This document shows, in pieces, positions 54,520-63,363 of a stretch of 64,000 nucleotides of DNA. The notes beneath the pieces are model-generated. The model saw only the letters and a program-made list of their open reading frames with translations, ran no database searches and was not told the origin of the DNA. Positions within the stretch are counted from its first letter, which is position 1. Each line of letters starts with the position of its first letter. Source of the stretch: Armatimonadota bacterium (GTDB lineage: Bacteria > Armatimonadota > SYMT01); contig JAWLHY010000001.1 in assembly GCA_041690135.1 (NCBI GenBank), positions 128,001-192,000 on the forward strand, read 5' to 3'. The translations under genes were made by a program, and so were the position numbers.

Positions 54520-57048
54520 CTAGTGGTTCAGCAGGAACTCTTTCATGTTCAGAAGGCCCCACATCAGGTCTTCTGCTCCCTCTTTCGGGTTCGGCGCCTT
54601 GCTGAACAACTTGAGCGCGGCGGCCATTTCCTTTTCGGTGGGCTTGCGCGCCAGGGCCGCAAGGTAGAGCTCTTCGGTGATCTGGTCCGGCGTTTTCTTC
54701 GCGTTGAGCAACTGCATCACGCGGCCGTTCGGGCTGCCGAGCTTCTGGTTGACCGTGGGGCCGTTGATCAGGTTCAACACCATGGTCACGTTAGAATCCT
54801 CGGTGCGCTCGCACTCGCAGGTGAGGTCCCGCTTGGCGCGCCCGAAGAGGTCCAGGAAGCCGTTGTTCAGCCGGTTGTCCGGCACCGCGACCGCGCGCTC
54901 GTAGGGGCCGAAGAAGTCGCGGACTCCCGTGGCCGAGCAGATCGCGTCCAGGAGCACCTCGGCATACATCCGCCGCGGCCAGGCCCGCGAGTTGTAGAAG
55001 CGGTCGTTAACGTTCCACTGGTTGTGGACCGAAGTCGTCTGGTAGGTGCGCGAGTTCAGGATATCGCGCATCACGCCCTTCAGGTCGAACTTGTAGGCCA
55101 CGACCTTCTCCGCCATCGCATCCAGCAGCTTCTGGTTGGAAGCCGGGTTGGTGAGGCGGAAGTCATCCACCGGCTGGACGATGCCGCGCCCGAGGAAGTT
55201 GTTCCAGAGGCGGTTGGCGATGGACCGCTTGAACCACGGATTGCTGGGAGAGGTGATCCATTGCGCCAGCTTCTCACGACGGTCTTCATCCGGCCCGAAG
55301 GTGGGGAAGTCGCCCGCGGGGAACTTGGGTTCCACCACAGCACTGGTGCGCGGGTGCTTCACGTCGCCGTCCACGGCTGCGTAGAAGATCCGCTCGTCCT
55401 CATCGACGCCCCGCTTGAACTTGGTCTTGCCGAAGAACGCGGCGAGGCCGTAGTAGTCCATCTGCGACCAGGCTTCGAAGGGGTGGTTGTGGCACCGGGC
55501 GCAGTCCATCCGGATACCCAGGAAGACCTGCGAGGTGTTGCTGCCGAGCTGGAGCGCGTCGTAGTCGCGGATGTTGTACCAGTTCGCCGGTCCGTAGCGG
55601 TAGGCGCTGCCGGTGGCCGTGATCAGCTCGCGGGCGAACTGGTCGTACGGCTTGTTCTTGGCGATGCTGTCCTTGATCCAGCGGTAGAAGACCTGGTTGC
55701 CTTTGCCCTTCTTCACGTCCGAGTCGTTGCTCAGGAGGTCGGACCACTTGAGCGCCCAGTACTGGACGAACTCAGGGCGGTTGAGGAGGCTATCCACCAG
55801 CTTGGCCCGCTTGTTCGGGTCTTTGCTGTCCAGGAACGCGCGCACTTCTTCCGGGGTGGGGATCAGGCCGCAGGTATCGATGTACGCCCGCCGGATGAAC
55901 TCGCTGTCGCTCGCCGGCCCGGAGGGCGGGACGCGGACTTCCCGCAGCTTCTCCAGCACCGCGTCGTCGATGTAGTTGACCGGCTTGAAGTTGTCGTAGG
56001 TGCTGGCCGGAACCGGATCGCGCGGGACCTTCAGACTCACAACGCCCACGCCGCCCAGGTAGCGGACCATGATGATGGTCTCGCCCTTGCCGGTGGAGGT
56101 GATAATCCCGTCATCGTCCACTTCGGCCACGGCGTCGTCGTTCGTGTTGTACCGGGCGTACTGGGTTACGTCCTGCGAAGTGCCGTCATCGCGATGCGCG
56201 ATCACGATCACCTGCTGCTCCTGGTCGGGCTGGTCGATCGTCCACTCGTTCGGGAAGATCTCGATCCGGGCGAGCCGAGGATCGAATTCGGGCTGCTTCG
56301 GCGCGCCCGCCTTCACCCATGCCAGCATCCGGTTGTAGTAATCGCTGCCTTCCTTGAACCGCATGCCCCCGCCGTGCGGGACCTTCATCGTCGGCTTCTG
56401 GAGGAGAGAACTGCCGGTGGGGCTGTTGAGATTGAGGCGCGCGCCCTTCTTCTCCTTGACGATCTGATCGTAATCGTAGTCCGGCTCGTAGCCATAGAGG
56501 GAAAGCCGGAACCCGCCGCGCCCGGAGGGGGATCCGTGGCAGCCGCCGGAATTGCAGCCGGCTTTCGTGAGCACCGGTACGATTTCGTTGGCGAAGCTCC
56601 ACTCGGAGGGATCGGACGCGTTCTGCACCGTCACGCTCATGGTGGTCGTCTTGCCGCCGACTGCGGCGGAGACGGTCGCCGCGCCGTTGCTGACGGCCAC
56701 GATCTTTCCGTTTTCAATGCGCACCCCACCGGTGCCGGTCTTGGTGACCTTGGCGGAAGGGGTGAGGTCCTTCATGGACCCGTTGGCGTAATAGCCGAGA
56801 ACGAGATACCGCTGGGCCGAGCCCTTGCCGGAAAGGGTGAATTTGGGCGGTACGATCTCTACTCGCGCCAACTGCGCGCCGGCTGGCGCTGCCGGCTTTG
56901 CGGCGGGCTTGGCCGCGGATTTTCGGGCCGCAGGTTTTCGGGCCGCGGGCTTCTTCTTGGCCGGCGCGGCATCGGCCGGCGTGCCCGCGGTCGCACCCAG
57001 GCCGACACACAGGCAGGCGGCGAGGGCGCTGAACTTGCTTTTACTCAT
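54520..57048 (-). CDS. DUF1549/DUF1553 domain protein with Ig-like domains
   Basis: 'GCNSGGCHG', 'FIRRAYID', 'CARCHNHPF', 'GRGIVQPVDD' and 'CECER'. Confidence 0.9.
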   Translation of the reverse strand: MSKSKFSALAACLCVGLGATAGTPADAAPAKKKPAARKPAARKSAAKPAAKPAAPAGAQLARVEIVPPKFTLSGKGSAQRYLVLGYYANGSMKDLTPSAKVTKTGTGGVRIENGKIVAVSNGAATVSAAVGGKTTTMSVTVQNASDPSEWSFANEIVPVLTKAGCNSGGCHGSPSGRGGFRLSLYGYEPDYDYDQIVKEKKGARLNLNSPTGSSLLQKPTMKVPHGGGMRFKEGSDYYNRMLAWVKAGAPKQPEFDPRLARIEIFPNEWTIDQPDQEQQVIVIAHRDDGTSQDVTQYARYNTNDDAVAEVDDDGIITSTGKGETIIMVRYLGGVGVVSLKVPRDPVPASTYDNFKPVNYIDDAVLEKLREVRVPPSGPASDSEFIRRAYIDTCGLIPTPEEVRAFLDSKDPNKRAKLVDSLLNRPEFVQYWALKWSDLLSNDSDVKKGKGNQVFYRWIKDSIAKNKPYDQFARELITATGSAYRYGPANWYNIRDYDALQLGSNTSQVFLGIRMDCARCHNHPFEAWSQMDYYGLAAFFGKTKFKRGVDEDERIFYAAVDGDVKHPRTSAVVEPKFPAGDFPTFGPDEDRREKLAQWITSPSNPWFKRSIANRLWNNFLGRGIVQPVDDFRLTNPASNQKLLDAMAEKVVAYKFDLKGVMRDILNSRTYQTTSVHNQWNVNDRFYNSRAWPRRMYAEVLLDAICSATGVRDFFGPYERAVAVPDNRLNNGFLDLFGRAKRDLTCECERTEDSNVTMVLNLINGPTVNQKLGSPNGRVMQLLNAKKTPDQITEELYLAALARKPTEKEMAAALKLFSKAPNPKEGAEDLMWGLLNMKEFLLNH

Positions 57049-57084
57049 ACCGGATCCTCCACGGGAAGGCATCGGGATTACACT

Positions 57085-58863
57085 CTACTTGGGTGAAACG
57101 GTGACCCAGAACGGGTGCTCGGCGGTGAACGGTTTGCTGTCGGCGGTGCCCTCCAACTTGAGGATGCAGTTGAGGTAATTGCCGGGAGGCGCCGTCTCCG
57201 GAGCCTTGATCTTCAGGCTGATCCGGTTCTGGCCGTTCTTCACCACCGGGTCGGCGATGATCTTCGGCGGCATCGTGGACGGCATGTTGCCCATCCGCGG
57301 GGGCTTGATGACCTGGTCGATGTCGAGCCCCTTGATGTTGGGCGGAAGGCTGAGGATCACCTTGACGTCGCCGCTCTGGCCCTCGCGCCGGTTGAGCATC
57401 AGGTCGAACTCGGTCTCACCGCCCTGCTCGACCGCCACCGAGTCGACGTTGACGTTGACGGGAGCCCCCAACCGGTTGATGCCTTCCTGCTGGAGCTGCG
57501 CGGAGAAGCTTTGCTTGCGCGGTCGGATCGTCAGACGGTAGTAGAACTGGGGCCCAAAGCCGGTGCGGGTCTGGTTCCGGACGATGACCGCATATTCCTC
57601 GGAGGCGGGAAGCGTGACTTCCAGTCGAGAGTCCATCCCCACCGCATCGTCGTTCGTGCCGATCACCTTGCCGCTGCGGGTGACGACGCTGATGAACGGG
57701 TCGACGGGGCTGCCGAGGCGAGCCGCCTCCACCTCGAAGATCATCGACTGGCGGGCCTGGCCTTGGAAGCGGAAGCCGTCCACATCATCCAGGGTGTCGA
57801 ACATGCCGCTGCAGGTGACGGGCGCAATAACGGAAGTGGCGCTGGTGGCCTTATCGTTCGGCTCTTTTTCCGGCGTCTCCGGAATAGCGCCTGCGACGAC
57901 GGGCACCGCATTGCTGATGCCGTCGGCGGTGGTGATGCGGAACTCGTCGACACCGGGCTGCGAGGGGAGGCGAATGCCCCGGCGCATCGTCGTGGCGCCC
58001 TTACCGTCCAGGTTGTAACCGTACACCGTGGTGGAGAGCGCGCCGCCCGCCTGCCCGCCCGGAGGGAAGATGGCGGTGATGGTAGGGCGCTTGCCGATGG
58101 TGAGACGGTAGTGGAAGTCGCCGCGGCCCCGGTACTGGCTATCCCGGATTCCTACGGTGTAGGTGCCGTCCTTCGGGAAGGTGTAGGCCAGGAACGCATC
58201 GACGCGGGAACTGTCGTCGTCGTAGGCGAGCTCTTGCCCGGTCTGATCCATCAAGACAATGAATGAATCAAGGTAAACGATTCCTTCCTGGTCGTTCTGG
58301 CCGGGAGCGAACCGCTTGAACCCTTCTACATCGAAGACGAGCGTTTCGCCGGCCTTGGCCTCGAAGGAGTAGCAGTCCCGGTCGTTACCGCCCTGTACGA
58401 CGCCCGCCAGGGTGATGGGCAGGGTGACCTTCTGGGACCGGCTGACGTCGTTATTCGGCTCTTTCTCCGGATGCTGGGCGTACTGGGAAACGTAGAAGTA
58501 GTCCGGCGTCGTGACCCCCCGAGAGGAAAGCGCGCGAATCTCGTGGAGACCGGCCGGTGCATCCGCCGGGATGGTGATCTTGGCCTTGACCTGGCCATCG
58601 TTGGCGCTCAGCACCTGGGCCTTGAGGCCCTTGGACTGCATCGGAATCAGGTTGGGATATGCGGAGTACCGGCACATCAACTCCTTGGTGCCTTCCATCC
58701 CCTGTCCGCTAAGGGTGACTTCCACGGTCGCGCCCCGCTGTCCCGACGGGGGGACGATACCGGTAATGCTGGGCGCATCGGGAATCCGCCCCTGTGCCAG
58801 GGCGGGGCTCGCAAGCAGCATGCAAAGGGCAGTGAGTGTGCCTGACCGTTTGTAGAACATCAA
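57085..58863 (-). CDS. PPC (pre-peptidase C-terminal) domain protein
   Basis: 'PPSGQRG', 'EKEPNN', 'DRDCYSF' and 'YRLTI'; signal peptide. Confidence 0.85.
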   Translation of the reverse strand: MMFYKRSGTLTALCMLLASPALAQGRIPDAPSITGIVPPSGQRGATVEVTLSGQGMEGTKELMCRYSAYPNLIPMQSKGLKAQVLSANDGQVKAKITIPADAPAGLHEIRALSSRGVTTPDYFYVSQYAQHPEKEPNNDVSRSQKVTLPITLAGVVQGGNDRDCYSFEAKAGETLVFDVEGFKRFAPGQNDQEGIVYLDSFIVLMDQTGQELAYDDDSSRVDAFLAYTFPKDGTYTVGIRDSQYRGRGDFHYRLTIGKRPTITAIFPPGGQAGGALSTTVYGYNLDGKGATTMRRGIRLPSQPGVDEFRITTADGISNAVPVVAGAIPETPEKEPNDKATSATSVIAPVTCSGMFDTLDDVDGFRFQGQARQSMIFEVEAARLGSPVDPFISVVTRSGKVIGTNDDAVGMDSRLEVTLPASEEYAVIVRNQTRTGFGPQFYYRLTIRPRKQSFSAQLQQEGINRLGAPVNVNVDSVAVEQGGETEFDLMLNRREGQSGDVKVILSLPPNIKGLDIDQVIKPPRMGNMPSTMPPKIIADPVVKNGQNRISLKIKAPETAPPGNYLNCILKLEGTADSKPFTAEHPFWVTVSPK

Positions 58864-59098
58864 ACCTACTATCTCCGGTCGCGAGGACGGAGTTCCACAC
58901 GCGTGTCGGGTCGTTGTTTGAGGTGGGCTTTGCCGTCCCCATCTCGGGCGTTCGCTCGCCGGGCAGAAGTGCCGGCGACGCGTGCGCTGGACAACAATAG
59001 CTATCGCTTTAGACTGGCCTGGACGCCCGGTGTTTCGTCTATTTTGGGTTCTCTTTGCGATGTGAGAGGTTTCGCAACATTCTCACGCTCGTTCTAAC

Positions 59099-59117
59099 GT
59101 AGGTTAGCCTAACCCCC
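59099..59117. promoter_or_regulatory. DtxR/IdeR-type operator
   Basis: GTAGGTTAGCCTAACCCCC matches 15/19 positions of TTAGGTTAGCCTAACCTAA, upstream of the PPC-DUF1549-DUF1501 operon. Confidence 0.55.
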
Positions 59118-59230
59118 TTTCGGCGCTTCTCCGTCACCCGAGAACGGTGCAGGCCGTCCGGGCGTATGCTCGGCCTTTAGACGAACCTTAGGGGCGTTTT
59201 GTTGCAACTATACGCCGGCCGGCTGCGCTA

Positions 59231-60520
59231 CTACTCGTGCAAACCACGCAATGCGTAATAGCCGCGACCGGTAGGATGGAACGGCTCGCCTGCGTGGAGG
59301 GTGGCCAGTACCTCGGCCGTACCGGGTAGCTGCTCGTCGGGAACAATTTCCGCGAGGCGGCGCACCAGTTGAACGGCGGTAAGGGGGGCGCCGTCCAGCC
59401 GTAAACAACAAGCCAGGCGTTCCTGCAGGGAAGAGGGGACATCCTCTTCCCACTCTCGAAGCCCGAAGCGGGAGCCATCGAGGGTATGGAGGCGCGGGTG
59501 AACCCGCATGCAAGCGGCCAGTAGCGCCGTCTCATCTTCCGCGTTGGGTATGCAGCTGCGGCAGTAGGCCCTGGCTTGCGCGGGCGACAACCAGCGTTGT
59601 TGATTCCGGATGGCCCGGAGCACGCTCTGGAGGGCGAGACGGGCCGTATCGCCCTTCCACGGATGGGCGCACCAGAGGCCAGGCTCGACACCGGCGAAAT
59701 CCGCGGTGACGGCGAGGGCGATTCGGAGGACGACGGTGCCTTCAGCCTCGCCTCCGGGATGATAGGCCAGCAATAAGGGCAGCAGTTCCTCTTCCCGGAG
59801 GAGGCCTCCGTGCCGGCGGAACTGGTGAACCAGGAACTCCGTCAACGGCCGGCGGCGCCGGGCTTCCGCATCGTGCGAAAGTCGGGTCAAAGTGGCGTTG
59901 AGAATCTGGCGCACCCGTTCACGCGTCAGGCCGGACTCACGCCCCAACTCGGCCAGGGTGGGCGGGTTCAGCGTGGAAGGGGAGAAACGCCTTTCCAGGA
60001 GCCGCCGGTCGCGGTCGGGCACAGCGGCAAATAGCTCCGCGGCTACCTGCTCGAGGTTGCATCCGCGGGCGGAATGGCCGTTTTCGCTTACCGTCCCCGA
60101 CGCCGGGCGAACCGACGCGGGTGATCCCGGCGGACGGGAGCGGATCACCAGCTCGATGAACTCGTCCAGGAGCTGGCCGAGCGGCCGGGGCTGTGGGGGA
60201 CCGTTCCAGGCGGCGAGGTAGGGAGCCGGATCCCCTGCACCCGGAGCGGCGTCCGCGCGGACCGCGGGCAAGCGCAGGTGATCCAGCACGAACCGGGCAA
60301 GACACAGCCGCACCTCGAGCAGGCAGCCCTGGCCGAATCCGTGAAGAGCGGCGATCTCGCTCTCCGGCCGCTCCAGCAGAACCCGGATGCTCTCCACCCG
60401 GCGCAAGCAGCGTGCGGGACGCGTGGAGAGCCCCAGCCGCTCCAGAGGCTGGTCGAGCGTCTCCGGGGAGAGGCGCCCGACCCAGGATTCCTTTCCGGTT
60501 CGCGTGACGGGAGGCTTCAA
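59231..60520 (-). CDS. RNAP alpha-CTD-like + sigma70 region-4-like + C-terminal HTH protein
   Basis: 'LERLGLSTRPARCL...LHGFGQGCLLEV', 'TLAELGRESGLTRERVRQI', 'FGLREW' and 'GRGYYAL'. Confidence 0.7.
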   Translation of the reverse strand: MKPPVTRTGKESWVGRLSPETLDQPLERLGLSTRPARCLRRVESIRVLLERPESEIAALHGFGQGCLLEVRLCLARFVLDHLRLPAVRADAAPGAGDPAPYLAAWNGPPQPRPLGQLLDEFIELVIRSRPPGSPASVRPASGTVSENGHSARGCNLEQVAAELFAAVPDRDRRLLERRFSPSTLNPPTLAELGRESGLTRERVRQILNATLTRLSHDAEARRRRPLTEFLVHQFRRHGGLLREEELLPLLLAYHPGGEAEGTVVLRIALAVTADFAGVEPGLWCAHPWKGDTARLALQSVLRAIRNQQRWLSPAQARAYCRSCIPNAEDETALLAACMRVHPRLHTLDGSRFGLREWEEDVPSSLQERLACCLRLDGAPLTAVQLVRRLAEIVPDEQLPGTAEVLATLHAGEPFHPTGRGYYALRGLHE

Positions 60521-60584
60521 AGTGGGGAAGGATCGGGAAGGGCTGGAAAGAGGTGGGTCGACGCTCCCTATTTGGCCCTCCGGT

Positions 60585-60788
60585 CTAGCGTTTCCTGCCG
60601 TAGTCTCCGTCGCCGAGCTGCCCCGAAGGGGGTGTCGCTCCCGGGTCCTGCTGCGACTCGAGCTGGCGGATGGCGTACGCGACCAGCTCCGCGACGACCT
60701 CCTGCGGCGTGCGCCGGACCTGGGCCGACATCCGCATCAGGGGTTCGTAGATTTCGTCGTCCAGTTCGATAGTGATAAGGCGAGGCAT
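60585..60788 (-). CDS. Small ribbon-helix-helix-like protein
   Basis: AAGGAG RBS; 'ITIELDDEIYEPLMRMSAQVRRTPQEVVAELV'. Confidence 0.55.
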   Translation of the reverse strand: MPRLITIELDDEIYEPLMRMSAQVRRTPQEVVAELVAYAIRQLESQQDPGATPPSGQLGDGDYGRKR

Positions 60789-61216
60789 TGTGGCTCCTTG
60801 CGTCGCGGATCAACACTGGTAAGGGTAAAGATAATGAAAACAACGATTAGGGACTGAGGCGGGCTATGGAAGATTAGGAAGGGGATGGGCTTTTGGTCTA
60901 TCTCCGGGCAACTGGATGCCGTGGCAGGAGGCTAACTTTGGTTCGAGGGTCTGCGTATCCAATTTTGGATGGCAAGGGCTGCGTCGGCGGGGACCCCGGC
61001 GGGTAAAATTCTGGGTGCGCGTCGATGATCACGAGAAGGATGGAGCAGCGTGCGAGGGGTGTGTGAATTCACTGGAGCCCGCACCGGTGGCCGGGGCGGT
61101 CGCGGTTCGGGACACACGAAGGCGGTAGCCCGCCTTCGCGCCTGTTTCCGCAGCTTCCACCGAAGCCCGGTTCGGCCCGTGGGGGCGGCTTCCCTCCCGG
61201 AAGTCGCGCACTCCTG

Positions 61217-61966
61217 ATGGTTATCGATTACTCGATCGAGCTGCCGTGCGAACCGAAGCGTCACTTTGGGAGCGACGGATTGCTCACGCGCCTCCAGAAT
61301 CTGGATACGACGCGCGCCGGTGCGGGGCAGGCTGAACAGGCGGCACTGGCCGCGGCGGTGGCCGTGGAAGCGGGCTACGAGCTTCGTCCCCTGGCGTTCC
61401 ATTGCAAGAAGTGCCCGGCCAACGCTATCCGCAAGCCATTCGGCTGCTACGGCTCCGTGGTCTTCCCGCTGACGGTGGAGGGGGAAGAGTGGCTGATGAA
61501 CCTCTTGCCGCAATCCCTGGATCCGCAGGAAGCCGCCGCACCGCACGTCGCGCGCCAGATGGGCCACGTCCGGGAGTTGTTGGACCTGCTGGGAGAACTG
61601 GGGATCCCCGAGAAGCTGCTCCGCGAGCGGCGCACCGTGGACACCTGGTTCGATCGCACCCGTCCCGCCGGCCGCACTTACGGGTCGCTCTTCCGGCGGG
61701 TGCGGCTGACGATGGACCATTTCGCCCATCTCCTCTTCTTTCACGAGGAGGTGACGCCCCGCGTGGCCGAGGCGATTTGCCGCGCCCTGGGCGTGTGGGC
61801 GGATGGATCCGATGAGGCAAACGGCATTCCCGCCGTCTACTTTACCCAGGCGCCCGAGCGCAACGAGGACCCTTCGATCACGGACCTCAAGCTCTTTCTC
61901 CACGCGTTGATGATCGGGTGCAGCCTGAATGTCCCGGTCCGGACGCGGCGGGTCGAGACGGAATGA
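61217..61966 (+). CDS. Hypothetical Cys-containing protein
   Basis: 'ELPCEPK' and 'CKKCPAN...FGCYGSVVFP'; ATGA overlap with the GNAT gene. Confidence 0.7.
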   Translation: MVIDYSIELPCEPKRHFGSDGLLTRLQNLDTTRAGAGQAEQAALAAAVAVEAGYELRPLAFHCKKCPANAIRKPFGCYGSVVFPLTVEGEEWLMNLLPQSLDPQEAAAPHVARQMGHVRELLDLLGELGIPEKLLRERRTVDTWFDRTRPAGRTYGSLFRRVRLTMDHFAHLLFFHEEVTPRVAEAICRALGVWADGSDEANGIPAVYFTQAPERNEDPSITDLKLFLHALMIGCSLNVPVRTRRVETE

Positions 61967-62544
61967 CTCCTTCTTCGCCCGATAGCGCTCTCGAAGAGGT
62001 GGTGCTGGACGAAGGGGAGTTGCGGCTCCGTTCTCCCCGTATCGAGGAAGCGCCGTTGTATGCACGCTGGTGGGCGGATCCCGAGGTCCAGTTCGGTTTC
62101 TGTTCCGAGGCGCGCACCGCCGAGGAGATCGCCGCCGCCTTCCCGGAACTGGAGGCCGAGGCGCGAGACATCGGTCATTGGATCGATTTCGTGCTGGAGG
62201 TGAACGGGAAGCCGGCGGGGTATCTCTGGTTCAGCCACTGGGACCTGGATGCCCGCCGGATCGAGTTGAACCTCCTGCTGGCCCCCCGCTTCCGCGGCCG
62301 GGGATTGGCTCGCCGTGCCATCCGCCTGCTTCTTCGCTGGGCTTTTCCGCGAATGGACCTGGAGCGGGTCGACCTGGTGCCCCGTGACGACCACCTGCCC
62401 GCCATCAACTGCTACCGGGGGGCCGGGGCGCGCATGGGGGGAATCCGGGACGAGGTGGTGACCTGGCAGGGCGAGAGCGTGTGCTTCCGGGAGATGTATT
62501 TCTTGCGGGAGGATTTCGTGGTGCCAGGTTCCGGTGGCGCTTGA
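61963..62544 (+). CDS. GNAT acetyltransferase (RimJ/RimL-like)
   Basis: 'PRFRGRGLARRAIRLLLRWAF' and 'AINCYRGAG'. Confidence 0.85.
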   Translation: MTPSSPDSALEEVVLDEGELRLRSPRIEEAPLYARWWADPEVQFGFCSEARTAEEIAAAFPELEAEARDIGHWIDFVLEVNGKPAGYLWFSHWDLDARRIELNLLLAPRFRGRGLARRAIRLLLRWAFPRMDLERVDLVPRDDHLPAINCYRGAGARMGGIRDEVVTWQGESVCFREMYFLREDFVVPGSGGA

Positions 62545-62589
62545 ACGCGAAGGACGCGAAGGTCGCAAAGGACGCGAAGATCGCAAAGG
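62544..62589. repeat. 9-mer tandem repeat (ACGCGAAGG-like)
   Basis: AACGCGAAGGACGCGAAGGTCGCAAAGGACGCGAAGATCGCAAAGG. Confidence 0.7.
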
Positions 62590-62612
62590 AAAGAGAAGAG
62601 AGAGGCAACCGG

Positions 62613-63275
62613 TCATCCGAAGTGCAAGAGGATGGCCCGGACGAGATTTTCCGCGGGTTGGGCGCCAGTGAGAATCCGCCCGCGGTTGAGGATGAAGGCG
62701 GGGACTCCGTCCAGTTCCAGGAAACGAGCCTCTTGCTCCTGCTCGCGAATGTCCGCCAAGCCCTCTTCGGTGTTGAGGAAATGCCGGACCTCATCGGGAG
62801 GTAATCCTGCGGCGGAGGCGAGAGTTGCCAGCACCTCCGGGTCGCCGATATCCCGGCCGTCGGTGAAGTAAGCGTGGAAGAGGTTCTCCACCAGGGCATC
62901 CGCCAGGCCTTCCTGCTGGGCGAGGGCCACCAGGCGATGAGCGTCCAGCGTGTTGGGAGTCCATTCCATGCGGTCGAATGCGAATTCCAGGCCGTCTTCC
63001 CGTCCCACTTCCCGCACGCGGGCATCCAGGGCCTGGGAGCGTTCCCAGCTTCCGAACTTAGCGGTGCGGTAGGCCCTCCGCGAAACACCCTCTCTCGGCA
63101 TTTCCGGGTTCAACTCAAAGGGGCGCCAGACGATCTCCAGGTTCACCTCACCCCGAAGCTGGTGCCGGGTCGCCTCCAGGCGGCGCTTGCCGATATAGCA
63201 CCACGGGCAGATGAGGTCAATGAAGACTTCGACGGTTACTACGGGTTGGTCGTATTCCGAGCTCAGGTAAGTCAT
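62613..63275 (-). CDS. DsbA family oxidoreductase (FrnE-like)
   Basis: 'DLICPWCYIGKRRL', 'PFELNP', 'NTLDAHRL', 'GVPAF' and 'GAQP'. Confidence 0.9.
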   Translation of the reverse strand: MTYLSSEYDQPVVTVEVFIDLICPWCYIGKRRLEATRHQLRGEVNLEIVWRPFELNPEMPREGVSRRAYRTAKFGSWERSQALDARVREVGREDGLEFAFDRMEWTPNTLDAHRLVALAQQEGLADALVENLFHAYFTDGRDIGDPEVLATLASAAGLPPDEVRHFLNTEEGLADIREQEQEARFLELDGVPAFILNRGRILTGAQPAENLVRAILLHFG

Positions 63276-63363
63276 GGGGCCCCCGCTGGTATATACACTT
63301 TTGGGAGCGGCAGTGCACGCCAGTTCCCAATCCCCGGCCTGTGCTTCACGGATGAGGATGATG

